This document shows positions 22,529 to 35,000 of a stretch of 64,000 nt of DNA, piece by piece. The notes under the pieces were generated by a model. That model did not search any database and was not told the DNA's origin. It worked only from the letters and a program-made list of their open reading frames with translations. Every line of letters starts with the position of its first letter. Within the stretch, counting starts at the first letter, position 1. Origin of the DNA: Trypanosoma brucei. Lineage: Eukaryota. The stretch spans positions 2,464,001 to 2,528,000 of the forward strand of contig CM000207.1 of assembly GCA_000002445.1 (NCBI GenBank), in the 5' to 3' direction. A program made the position numbers and the translations under genes.

Positions 22529-25500
22529 CAGTTGCAGCCGGATTACCAGCGCGGCGTTGACTATTAGATACTCCTTGTGCAGAGAAAAGGCAAAAAAGCT
22601 GTGATTGGCACTCCGCAGGTGACATTAAGCGAATACCGTATTTGAGTTCCATCACATAAGCTACATCAGACCACGAAAATATGAAATACGCAGCTCCCAG
22701 TTGCATCAAGGAACCGCTAACATCACTCCAATCACGCCCCATCCTCAAATGTGTTTGTGTGAATGGCGTCAAATCGATGGCATCCATGGTATATGTGCAA
22801 TCCCATCCGAAGTAAAAATAATAATTCGGAACATCTACATTTATTTGTTTAAAATTTAGAAGGACATTCCGTTCTACTGCTACGACAGTAGCTATCGATA
22901 CTACACGCTGCGCTAAACTATTAAACAGTGTAACACACGTCAAAGTAATAGAAAGTGTTCTCTCACGCACCTACCTTTCACCAGAGAAATGTGACGTCCC
23001 GCAGCTGCTCGTGTGAAGACAACATATCGCATTCAGCTTCTAAAGCTGAAGGGATGGAGCGAAAACGACCTGACCGCTTGCCTTCTCACCTACTCCACCG
23101 TGATATTTTAGAAAATAAAAATGTTCATAAGTATTGTTAGCGCACACAAAAACTGCGTGCGACAACGAGCATCGGGAGAATAATATTAAAAATACTGCAT
23201 CGAATCCATGAGACTTTGAACAGAAACATCACACTACTTTGTTGTCGTTCAACCGGACTCGAAGTCAGTTTCGTTTCACAACGCATCCATGACCCAATAG
23301 ATGAGTATCATACCTGGCATTCACGATGATGTTTCCACACTCCTAATACTGCCGCAGTATTTTGGTCTTTGTATCCACCTGCGAATCAATTGAAAATAGC
23401 ATACATCCAGAATTATGAAGATGATAAGGTACAGTTGATATACACTATTCCTTCTTAACGTGAGGGTGACTGTGTTCACACTAGGCGTCACATGACTACC
23501 CTGCAACTCTCAGGTGCGAAGTGGCGCTGTTACCAACACGCAAAAAAAAAAACTCTCAACAGACGGTCTCATTCCTTCCTTTCAGAGAGAAGATGTGTCG
23601 GCTGTTGTTGAACTGTTTCAAGTATATGACACCTAAGAGCACATTGAATTGGCACCTAATTTTTTCCTCGTAATATCCGATGGAGGCAGTCACCGTAGAC
23701 ATGATATGAAAAACGCAGACACGTAACACCAAGAATGCCGTTGCACCGGTGAGCGAACTTTTACGATCACCAAACTGCACCTGTGGCTTAGACCATAAAA
23801 TTCAAAGGTGCTACATATTTTTAGAAGCTTTAAATACGATGCAAAGTGGAAGAATCGTTGCTTCCTACCGCTGGTTGGTAAAGCCGCATTACTGAATTTA
23901 TCACGAGTAACGCACAGTAACTGCTACCTCATACACTTAAGGGGAGCAGTACATATGATCCTCCCTCCTGAGTATTCGCTATGAATAACCACAGTAACGC
24001 CTGCTTCATTAGGTGATTGTCTCTGGTACCAACGGCCAGTGCACTATGATAAGCCAAATGATTCGTCAAATGGTTGGTAACATTTCATCTGCGTTCCTTT
24101 ACATCGTCAGCACAATGCATACATGCTGTTGCAAAACACTGTATGCGTAAGAGCAGTCACCGAATACATCACAACTTGAAGGTATAATAATAAGCATATG
24201 CATTTACCGAGGTACTACATCTGTCATCCCTTTGTTTGACATAGCACAGTAAATACTGCTGAACAATCCAGGAGCACAAAGAAAAATTTTTTAAAAATAG
24301 TATTTTTTTTTCCAGGCTCAGCAGACATTAATATCATTTGCATGCCACACACATTTGTAAGAATGTCACACCCACATGTATATGTTTATCAAAAACACAA
24401 AGATGAAAGAGGATAGCAGAGCCACATCCATCAGTCGCTATTCCAGTGGTCATAAAATAACTACATACGATAAGAGTCTATCTCCAATGCATCTTATCGA
24501 AAGTTCAACTGTACCCACTAGGCAACTGCAAGCACAGAAAAGAGGGAAGTGGCACAAAGCCGAAGATGCGCCCGTGCAGCAGCCTCAGACAACCGTTACT
24601 TATGCAATGCAACACAAAAAAGCTTCTCCTAGCTTGATGGAGCAGAGAACACTTTTAGTCCAAACTAATATAGGCAGAAAAAAAAAAAAGCAATGTACGA
24701 ACTCAATAATACACACCAAACAGCGACCCAACACAAAATGCAAGACATACATAAAGCCACCGAAGCTGATGGCAGGTTGAAACGTCATATGCTTCGTTTT
24801 GTTTTTCTTTTATCACCTCTTAGAGGCCCGTAAAATATCCATCCACTTGAATAGAACCACATGATAACATGAACTCACGCAGGAGAAGTTTCAGACACTT
24901 TTGCATATTTGAATATCCACATGAGATTATTCGCACCAACAGGAGTCAACAAGTTTCCCACTAAACGCCATGCCGCAAGTGCGAGCAGACGCTACGAGTG
25001 CCCCGTAGAGAAGTGCCTTTGCACGTTGCAACGTGCAACACTTTGTATTCCTACAAATGGGAATAGAGAAGGTTATAGTATTTAAAAAGTAGGTCTCGGA
25101 TAATGCTACTTCCACCTCGGGTTGTATTCAGTGAATTGCTCCTAAGATATTTGCAACGACATGAACAAACAAGTGGTTCGGACCCTACCCACACCGTTCT
25201 ACAATATGCCTAAATTAGTTTGTCCATCAATTTCCTCTCGCGGACTGCATATTCACCCTCATCTTGCATGTTTCAACACTCGTACCTTCACTTTCAGTAC
25301 GCTACTGTGTCTCTTGTATCTTTTATGCATTTTTTATCATTTATGGGTAGACTTCGTGTGAGTTTAAGGTTTAAAAAATTGCTTCTTTTTCCATTTTTTC
25401 CTTATGCTAAATTCAGCGCATCGCCCATATCATGAAGAACTCGCAGGAATGTCACGCATCTAAAATGTGTACCACACGCAAAACATGGAGCAATACATGC

Positions 25501-27503
25501 CTGCCGAACCACAATCGTAACGTTGTTGTAATCCGTTTGTAAAGGACAATGTTGTTGTGAGTGTAGAGGTGTGGCATGACGTTGATAAGGAGACTTTAGA
25601 ATCTAATGACCCCTTATTTATTTGTCCGTTTTTTAGATGATCCTCCAGTTTCCGCACTATTGATCCAGGTGATTTAGTGGTAACATATTAGCCGCGCTAG
25701 CCTTCACACGCACAGGCTTCCCCTGCATCTGTCAGTCTCTTCTATTGCTACTGTGTATGTGCGTCGTGGGGTCCCTCATTGTGATATTCAAGCCAAAAAA
25801 AAAAAAAAAAGCGCCGAACACCTGAATACTAACTGTCAGCATTAATGCAATCACCATCCATCACTTTGTCTACATTAACAAAGTTGCTCCGATTATGAAC
25901 CAGCACCGAAAGCACGAGCAGTGTCAGCCACTGTCACAACAGTTAGATCACATGAGCATAACCCGTTGAACTCAGCAAAAGCCAAAAAAAAAGGGTCAGA
26001 CCGCCGCCTGGACAAAGGAGACGACGCCAGAAACTGAGAGACGGTGATGGAGCGCCTGCGTTTTTTTTTTTTAAATCCTCGGCAGAGGCGCCCATTAACC
26101 GTGTCTTCATGTTCTTCGAGGCCCTTCTCACAGATCATGAAGCTCAAAATATGGCAAAATCCCTTCACGACCTCCTCCTAAGGAATCCCAACTCGGCGCA
26201 ACAAGCAACCGGCTACTCGCGCGCTCACCATGCAGAGCGAAGGCCCTTTTAGCGCTTCCTGCGAGTCGTGGCAATGGCAATTCCAATTTGTTACAGCGAA
26301 CGTCGTAACCTTTGTGAAAGCAACACTCCATTCGGCCGCTTGAACGTTAAACTACGTGAGTTGCAGCGCTTCGTGATATCGCAGTGACGGGAACTGAAGG
26401 CGGTGTGAGGGAAGCTACCGAAGAAAAAGCTCTCAAATGACGTCACGGGCCGCCGGGAACGGTGGACGTTTGAGACCGAAGTGAGCCTTGTGCCATCGTT
26501 GGTTGACGTGGGGCCGTTTGCGGTTCGTCCTTATGGCAAACCGGTCATGAGCCTTCTGTTCAAATAGTTTTCAACGCAGCCCGGTGGTTGTGGGGTCACG
26601 CTGTGCGGAGGTGTAACTTGTCTTCACCCTCGGCTGGCTGGGGAAAAGCGGGGGCGGAAAGCCGTGTGTTGAGAGTGTTCTCGTCTTTGTGGTTCTTTTG
26701 CCCTCTCCGCGATGGTGCTGCAGTCCGTCGTTTTCCGGAGACTGTTTGCTTGGGGACGTGCGCTTGTCGATGCCTTTTTACTGTTTGTAGGATCCGGAGT
26801 GCTAAAAGTACTGTTTGTGCCTGCGTGTTAGGGGTGGAGAGTCGCCTGAGCTTTGCGCAGTGCGCGGCGCGGCAGCATGCGGAGAGTATGTAGGCAGCGG
26901 GGTAACGAGCAGTGTTGAGTGTGTTGGTGGCAAAATGCCGGCAGGTAAAAAGTGTCAAAAACGTGTGTTGGTGTGCCGGGTGTGTTCAAATATATTTGGT
27001 GTTGACGTTAATCTTTTTCCTTACTAACCACCATTTTCATATTGTTGTTTTTTTACTTGCTCCCCTCAGTCGGCATGGATCCACGTTCGGGAGTGTACGG
27101 CTTAATTTCGAGCGGTTTCGACATCTGCATTTGTAAGCTCATTTGGCGATGGTAAACAGGGCGCGCAGCAGTAGCAAAAGGGCCAAGTGATGAGTAATGA
27201 GTCTGAAGAATAATGAGCGGATGACTGCGCAAAGAAGTGAGGAAGCGAATATCCTCTTTTGCGATGCGGAGGTGAAAGTGGAAGGAAGCGATGATAAGAT
27301 AGTGACGAATAGCATAGAGGTGGCGGGGAACTAGAGAATCAGATCATCAGGCGGTCTTGCGAAAGAAAAAGGACAAAAGTAGGACGCCAGAAGGTCTACA
27401 CAATTATAGTGGTAAACACTCGGGAGGAGGTGCAGGAAAGAAGAGGGGTTTGCGGGAGGGAGCGGAGGTTAGGAACCCGCGTTGCAGCTGCTGATGAGAT
27501 TCG

Positions 27504-29017
27504 TTGCCGGGTGCTACTTCATTTTTGTGCGACTATTACCGACGGTTTTACGCTGCTGTGAACAACACTGAGAAAATTGGTGGCGTGTGGTCCCGTGGAA
27601 AAGAAACTCGTGGAATATATTATTTACCTCCACTCTTCCACCAACCACGGCCTCAGGTACTGAATTTGGAGGGCGGAGATGTCTCTGACTCAGTACTTGA
27701 GAGGATCTCCAAAACAAAGTCGCTGCAGTCACTTAACTTGTCAAAATGTTGTCGTATAACCGACATATCAGCATTATCATCCCTCCCGACACTGGAAGAA
27801 CTGAATATTAGCCGTTCTATAATAATTAAAAGTGGTTGGGAGGCACTCGGCAAGTTGACTCGGCTACGCGTGGCAATTATTTCCTTAAGTGATGTTGCTA
27901 ACGAAGGAATATGTCTCCTCAGCGGGTGCAAATATCTCAGAAATTTGCAACCGATCCGGTGTTACGTTTTGTCCAACATTGAGGCGGTAAACAACATCAA
28001 TTCACTGGAGGAGCTCACCGTTGAGAATTGTGTGGACATTAAGGAAGGTCTGCTCAAGGTTGGAATGCTACCAAGGCTACGGGTACTGGCGTTGAGGCAC
28101 GTAAAACTCAGTTTTTTTCTCTCAGTTAACTAGGAGAGAGAAAATCACTGGTGAAACTCACTATCAAAGGATCTAAGGAACTCTGCGACATCAAACTTAT
28201 TTCCAACATTGCAACACTTAGGGAATTGAAAGTCGCCTATTGTGACAGATTATTAAACGACGTAGGGGATCTTAGGAAACTGCTATGGCTTAATGTACTG
28301 AGACTCCGCTATTTCAAGGTGGGAAATAGCTGTTTTGAGAGTGTCTGCACCATGCGCTCGTTGAAATCACTTGACGTCGCCTACTCAAAGAAATTAACAG
28401 ATATATCTCATATATCAAACCTTACGGCACTGGAGGAATTGAATCTGAGCGGATGTTACCTCATAATTTCAGGCTGGGAAGCACTAAGCGAATCACCACG
28501 ACTTCGTGTGCTCAACTTGGAATCCGCCAGAGTTACGACGCGTTACGATGGACATTATATCAGCAGATGCAAATCCCTCGTCACACTCAACCTTGAATCG
28601 TGTTATATGACCGATGCTTCATGTCTTGCTATTATCAAGACACTGGAGGAGTTGCATATAGGGAAATCCAAAGAGCTAACGCAGGGGTTTAGTGCACTTT
28701 TCACTCTTCTGAGGTTGCGCATTCTTAACCTGATTTGTTCTCTCATTACAGATGAAGATCTCAGGGAAATTCAACCACCCCATACCATTGAGGAACTCAA
28801 TCTTTCTTATTGTGAAGAGCTCAATGATATTACACCACTTGGGAGAATAAAATCAATTAAAAAATTGCATCTCCGTCAGAGACATGATGTCAGAAGGCCC
28901 ACAGAAGGATTCAGAAGTCTTTTGGAATTGCCATGTCTTTCTTGGGTTGACCTAGACAACGTGTGTGGTTGGTCTGATGTTTCTTGTGAACTGAGAAAAA
29001 GGAGGGTACATACCTAA
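27504..29017 (+). pseudogene. ESAG8-like leucine-rich repeat protein (LRRP) pseudogene: lacks ATG and N-terminal RING, one frameshift near 28131-28151
   Basis: Two ORFs in different frames (27504..28133 begins at TTG directly after a TGA; 28151..29017). Both consist of tandem ~24-residue LRRs of the ESAG8 type (LNLSKCCRITDISALSSLPTLEELNISRS; LDVAYSKKLTDISHISNLTALEELNLSGCYLI; LNLSYCEELNDITPLGRIKSIKKLHL). No in-frame ATG near the 5' end. Confidence 0.8.
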
Positions 29018-32000
29018 TAATATTTGATCCATTGTTTCACTTTGTATAATTGGAACCACTTATTTCTGAGAATACGCTACTAAATTTAACAGCCAGTTCG
29101 AGTAGCTATTTACTGTAGGCACTATTACTCAAACAGATACCAGTAACAATTCATACGGATGATATTGTATGTTACACTATCTTAAATACGAGAAATACGA
29201 GGATCTCATTACAGTTATTTAAGCGCTTCGTATTTTACTAGGTCATACCAATCATATATTGTGAAGAATAAAGAACAGTTAGGAAAGTGTGTGTAAGTAT
29301 GCACAAGGCTTTTTTCTCAATGGAAATTTGTATTTTAGTTGTAAGCGTAGTAATTATTGTATTACGCTCATTTATACTACAACCATGTCAAATGAATATC
29401 TCATTTCTTGTATGTTTTTCTGTTTTTACAGCCACATACTCTCACCCAAATGTCGAATGAAATATTACCGTTATTATTATTATTATTTCTATCGTTCTTA
29501 TTGTTATTACATGAAACACAACATTCACATTTAATTTTTAATCATAGCCACACCTGAAAAGTAAAAGCACTCAACATTCTACAGTACTGTATACCTGTCA
29601 ATGATATGAGGAGGTGAAGTTTATATACCATTAAAGTATAGTGAATATATTTCATTATTCTTATTATTATTATTTGTTTTACTGAAAGAAATGACGGAAT
29701 GACTTTACAATAAATTATATCAGAGCAGCATGTTGTGCACCAAGTTGTTACATGGGAGAGTGTTTTGAAACACATTACGTGTCTTGCAATCCTTTTTCAC
29801 ATTTGCTGCTGGCAGATATATATTCTCAAACAGTGCGATTGAATATTCTCGTTTCATTAAAATATTTTAACTTGTTGTATTTGTTTGGTTTTGTAATAAC
29901 ATAATTTGTTTTATTACATTTCCTTTCAGAATTATTTGTGCCAAACTTTCGTGAAGATGTCATACATTCTGAATACCCTTGCGCAGCAAAGGGTAGCGTA
30001 CCACATTAATTCATTAACATTTGTGCTACATGTGCATGGGAAAGTGTATTAAGCATTTCACTGGTTTTGGGAAATATTATTTTCTTTCTTACAACATGAT
30101 GCCTCAGAAGAACTGAAGGCGAGAGCAAATCCTTTCATTGATTTTATTTTCCTTTTCTTACCGTATCCGTATATGTTTATGACTTTCCAAAAAACACTGC
30201 TGAGGTAAATTATGTATTTCTTCATATTTAATTTTTATTTGACAATAACGAGCAAAGGGATTTCCTCCTCACACACTTAAATTAATTAGACACTGCTGTT
30301 AGCTGATAAGTTACAGACAGCCGCACATTTAAGTTACACAAATCCACACCGATTCGAAATAGTAAAATATCAAATGTTATGTATTTATTTATTTGAGAAA
30401 AAAAAAAAGAGACGAAAAGCAGCGCTGCATCTGAAAGGAGATGCATGTGAAATCGAAGAACAACTGTCATTTGAATATCATATCCGCAAATTGTTTCGCT
30501 TACATTATTAGCAGTAAATGCTTACGGAACTTGGGAGGTGAATGACTACTGAAATTAAAAGGTTGAGGACGCACTGCGATGACACATGAGAAAAACATTG
30601 GTGGGATTTTTATATATTGGAAAGTGGAGTGGCTTTAAGGTGTTTTGCATGATGCTTAGTTGGAGATTGAAATACTTCATGAGATAGTGAAAGACTGTTA
30701 TGATACAGGAATCTTTTCGTTTACTAATTTCAAGAGCACTCCCGCGACGCACTTTTTTTCGGTTTACATTGCAAGAGGTGGCATGATATTTGCAACCGCT
30801 TATTTCTTATTTATTTTTTCGAGTTTATATAAGTGTGGTTTGGTGACGTGGACAATTTCAGTCTGCAACTGATGTGGCAATTCAATAATTATCAATGAAG
30901 TTTGGGGAGTGTGTTCCAAATAATGATATTATGTGTATGAGCGAAGCGTTTATCTCCTATTACTAAAACACGCAGTGCTAAGCATAATTTGATTAGGTTG
31001 TCATACAACTTTGAAGAATTGCACAGAGTTTACAGGAGGGTGCGGAAACGTTTAAGGTATTACGTCTCATATCAGATATGAATTGGCCTTTCGCCAAAAA
31101 TAAAAAGAAAGATGCCGTAGGGAAATATTCATTCAGGCGATTTGCACGTGTGGAACCTTGTAAAGAGTGAAGGAAAATTACAGCCTGTCATATGTGAAGG
31201 TATTTATCACACGCGTTTATCTAACTGCAATCGGTAACCCTGGAACTTGCAACTCTCGGAATTTGGGTTCTTTTTATCCTCTACAAGTTACTGCATTGTG
31301 ATGCAGAATAGTTGCTTGTTTTTTGCGCATCTATATGGTATTCCCATTTATATTATTATTATTTTTTTTTTTGATAAATCAATTGACGCACGCGTAGGCA
31401 CAATTAAACAGTAGAGATAGAGGGAATAGTTTCAAAGGCTATGAAGGGAATTGCCATCTCACATGCGAGGTTATATTATTTTTTAATCTCATTATAAAGG
31501 CCTGGAACCCATCAGTGACTTCAGCTGGAAACTGGCAAAACATTCTCACCATCACTTCTGAGGAGCAAATCTCCTTTGCATAAGTATGGCAAATGACTCA
31601 TCGTGGCGCTGGTTTCCAATATTTCGTGTTTTCTGCTGGGAAATAAACACCTTGGAGAAACTAAAATTACAAGAGCCTTCCTGTTATCGACCTGTATTTT
31701 CAAGGAAAAACCGCTACATGACGGAGGGTCGCCCCCCTGAATCATACGGCAGTAATGGGCGGAAACTCCTGCAGTCAAGTCACCACTACGAGCATTACTG
31801 TCCAGTGGCTGATGTTGTTGACACGGTTGTGCTCAGGAAAAAAAGGTGTAACTTCACATTAAGACAACAATTTCAAAGGTACCGTATGGAAATCTCTTGC
31901 TCTCTTCCCGAATATTAGGTGGCTTAGCCTGGGTTTAAAATGTGTCGTGATGTATCGTTGTGCAATGTTACAGAAATTAAGTAAGTAATAGAGGGAAAGC

Positions 32001-35000
32001 TGTCGCTTCACTTGTTCAAATGCATGTAAGAGAGCGTAATGGACATTAACTTCCCAGTCTAACCGGATGCGGTGCTAAAATGAAAAAATATGCATGAAGA
32101 AACGAAAATATAAAGGCATTGGAATGCGGCCAGATGACTATATTGCTATTATCCTTATGCTTTCTCACATGGCTACCGGATATATCGCTTCTTTATCACT
32201 TATAATATGAGAAATTGTCCACGGAGTTTGTGAGGGTACTGAAGTGTAGAAAAAGAAACTCATTGAATGATATCAGGAGAATACGAGTTGAAGTCTTCGG
32301 GATGTGATAAAAAGTAAAGTGGTGGTAAATGCATGAAACGGAAAGTAGAGAAATAATGTGTAAGACACTTTCAAAAAAAGTGTAAAATACTTCTGATAGA
32401 GTAAGAAATCGTACAGCGTATTTTTTACAAGCTCCACGCAGACATAATCCTGAGAGAATAACAACAGCAAATACGAAGAGAAAGAATTTATTTACTTATG
32501 AATATGAAATAAGAAATATGAATATTCCATTTATTATTCCTTGAATGTGCAGTCGCCTGACTGAGTGTTGGAAACATGGATTCTAAAGAATACATATAGT
32601 ATTTAAATGAAATGTAAGTGCAGTATCCTTCCCAAATGATCCTTAATAATTACACTTACATTATTATCGTTTTTCATTGTCCTCTACTTTACTTATTACT
32701 GTCATTATCCCACATTCCATAGGTGTATATATATACACAACATCCCCTTTTATTTGCTTCCCCCATGCCTCACTCTGTTTCTGTTTTCTTTATGCAACTA
32801 TTTTGGAGCTGCTTCCGATGTGCCACTGCAGAATGAAAAAATGCTCATTGGAACAAATGCATGAGTTTGCATATAAATATCACACATAATTTATTTTATA
32901 TTCCGAGTGTTTGCAATATAATGGAAAACATGGAAAGGAAATGAATCAATGAATATGCGCCGCAGTTGTAAAAGGTTTGTGCTACTATTGTGCTTGCTTG
33001 TCTCAAAAACTCCTTCCCAATTGTTTGGTATGAAGCAAATTGTTGTAGCAGCTTAAATGAGAAAAAAGATACATAGTCCACTCTGTTTGTTCCAACAGCA
33101 ATTTATCCTTTTTCAAAATGCTTCACACCCAATACCAGAGAAAATTTACCTCTTTTTTTCTTGTCAGTACTGACATTCCTTCTTCGCAACGTACTCTGTA
33201 GAATTGGAAGTTTGAAACAATTGAAGGGACCTCCGCACACTCACGGAATGGCATCTGTTTTGCCTTCATAATGATAGTTTCATTCCTCCGCGGGTTGTGG
33301 CGTGATATCCTCCGCTTCTCCTCTTTGTTCCAGTTTTCGCGGTATTGGAGTCCATTCCCCCTCCCTTCATTCTTCCAATTAAATTATAAAGGTATCAAAT
33401 GAAAGGGCTTTGAGGGCACTCGGCATTGACGAAAACACTACGAAGTTATTATTCCCGATAGAATTTATTCGTGAAGTGTAAGATACAAAGGAGGCCAAGT
33501 AGAGAAAATAATACAACCCAAAATGTCAGGGAACACGGGTATTTATTAGGAATAAACGTAGAACCAACATGCGCAGGCATGATACAGCAAAGACAACAAT
33601 TTCGGCTAACATTTGTGTGCATGTTCAACTTTTACAACTGGAGAAATATTCACTACTAAAGTTTTCTCACAGTTGTAATGATAACAATGCGTGAAAACAC
33701 AGATACACGCTTCTCAAATGCATGATACAACCAGAGGTGTAAATAGCTCAAATGGTAGGATTCTCGACACATGTGGAAACGAATTAACTCAACTAGCAAT
33801 ATTTTAGTTATATCGAAGCCTTACCACAATCGGTTCAGCTAAAATACTTCAAACGAGTCCTTCAAAAACCCTGTTTGTTGATGCTTTTATTTATTTTATT
33901 CTGATGCCTGGTGAGCATATTTGGCTGCGATTGATTACTGCTGCACATGTTGGATGTGCGAAATCTTTCTCTAAATTCACAGAAATATATATCGTACCGT
34001 CTTTCATTTTGCTACTCCCTTACATTCTCACCAAACATACATAGATGATACCATAGTCATCATAGCTATTGAGGAAACTGATACCTTGGTCTTACATTGC
34101 CCTGATCGTGGCCGAAACTTGCAACTTGATTTATCGTGCCTTCCGCTATCCATGCTGGAAGTTGTGTTGTGTAATATTTTCCCTCCGAGTTATGAGGTGT
34201 GATAACTGTCAGTCCTTCAGTTGTGCCCTACCAATCGAATCCATCAGCACTATTTTATTGCATCTCCTCATTCACTTCCCCCTTTACACAGACATATTTC
34301 TACCATTAAAAGTTAAAATGTGACTCATAAGCGATGATGAGACCACACCGGGTTGTTTTGCAATTACCTCAGTAGCACCACATGAAAGCGAAGTGTTGGC
34401 TTTGCATTGCCCTTCTGTGCCAATAGTCGAAAACAGAAATATAGCGAGGAATGTTTGTTATTATTTGGAATCCTTTTATTGAGTGTGACTTTGGAATCGT
34501 AACATAATTGAAATAAACAGAGAATGTGCCATCCCTCCCTTCCCATTAATTTTCTAAATGTGCTGAGAGGAGATGAAAAGTGTTTTCAGTGTTTGAAGTT
34601 TTGACATTTCAGTGGCATAATACTTCAAGTTAGTGGAAATAAAATTGCATACCCAATGCCATTATGATGCAAATACATTCAACTGACAGCATTCAATCAT
34701 CTCATTGCCAAACTTTGTTTCAACTCTCAGAAATAATATTTTTAGTAGAAAACGGCTACCAAACATAAGTAATGGGAACTACTACATCAGGAAACCAGGA
34801 ATGAAAGCGACAACGCATCTCAACTCCTGAGCAGTCAGAAGCTTTAAGGGAACCATCAACTACTGAACAAAATAAACTCACCACCGTTACAATCACCGAA
34901 GAGACGCGCGACGCCAGAAATGATGAAACTGTGGTATCATTACTGAATGAGCATGAGAAATTGATTAAACAAACGAAACGGCTGGAAAGCAGTGTGAAGG

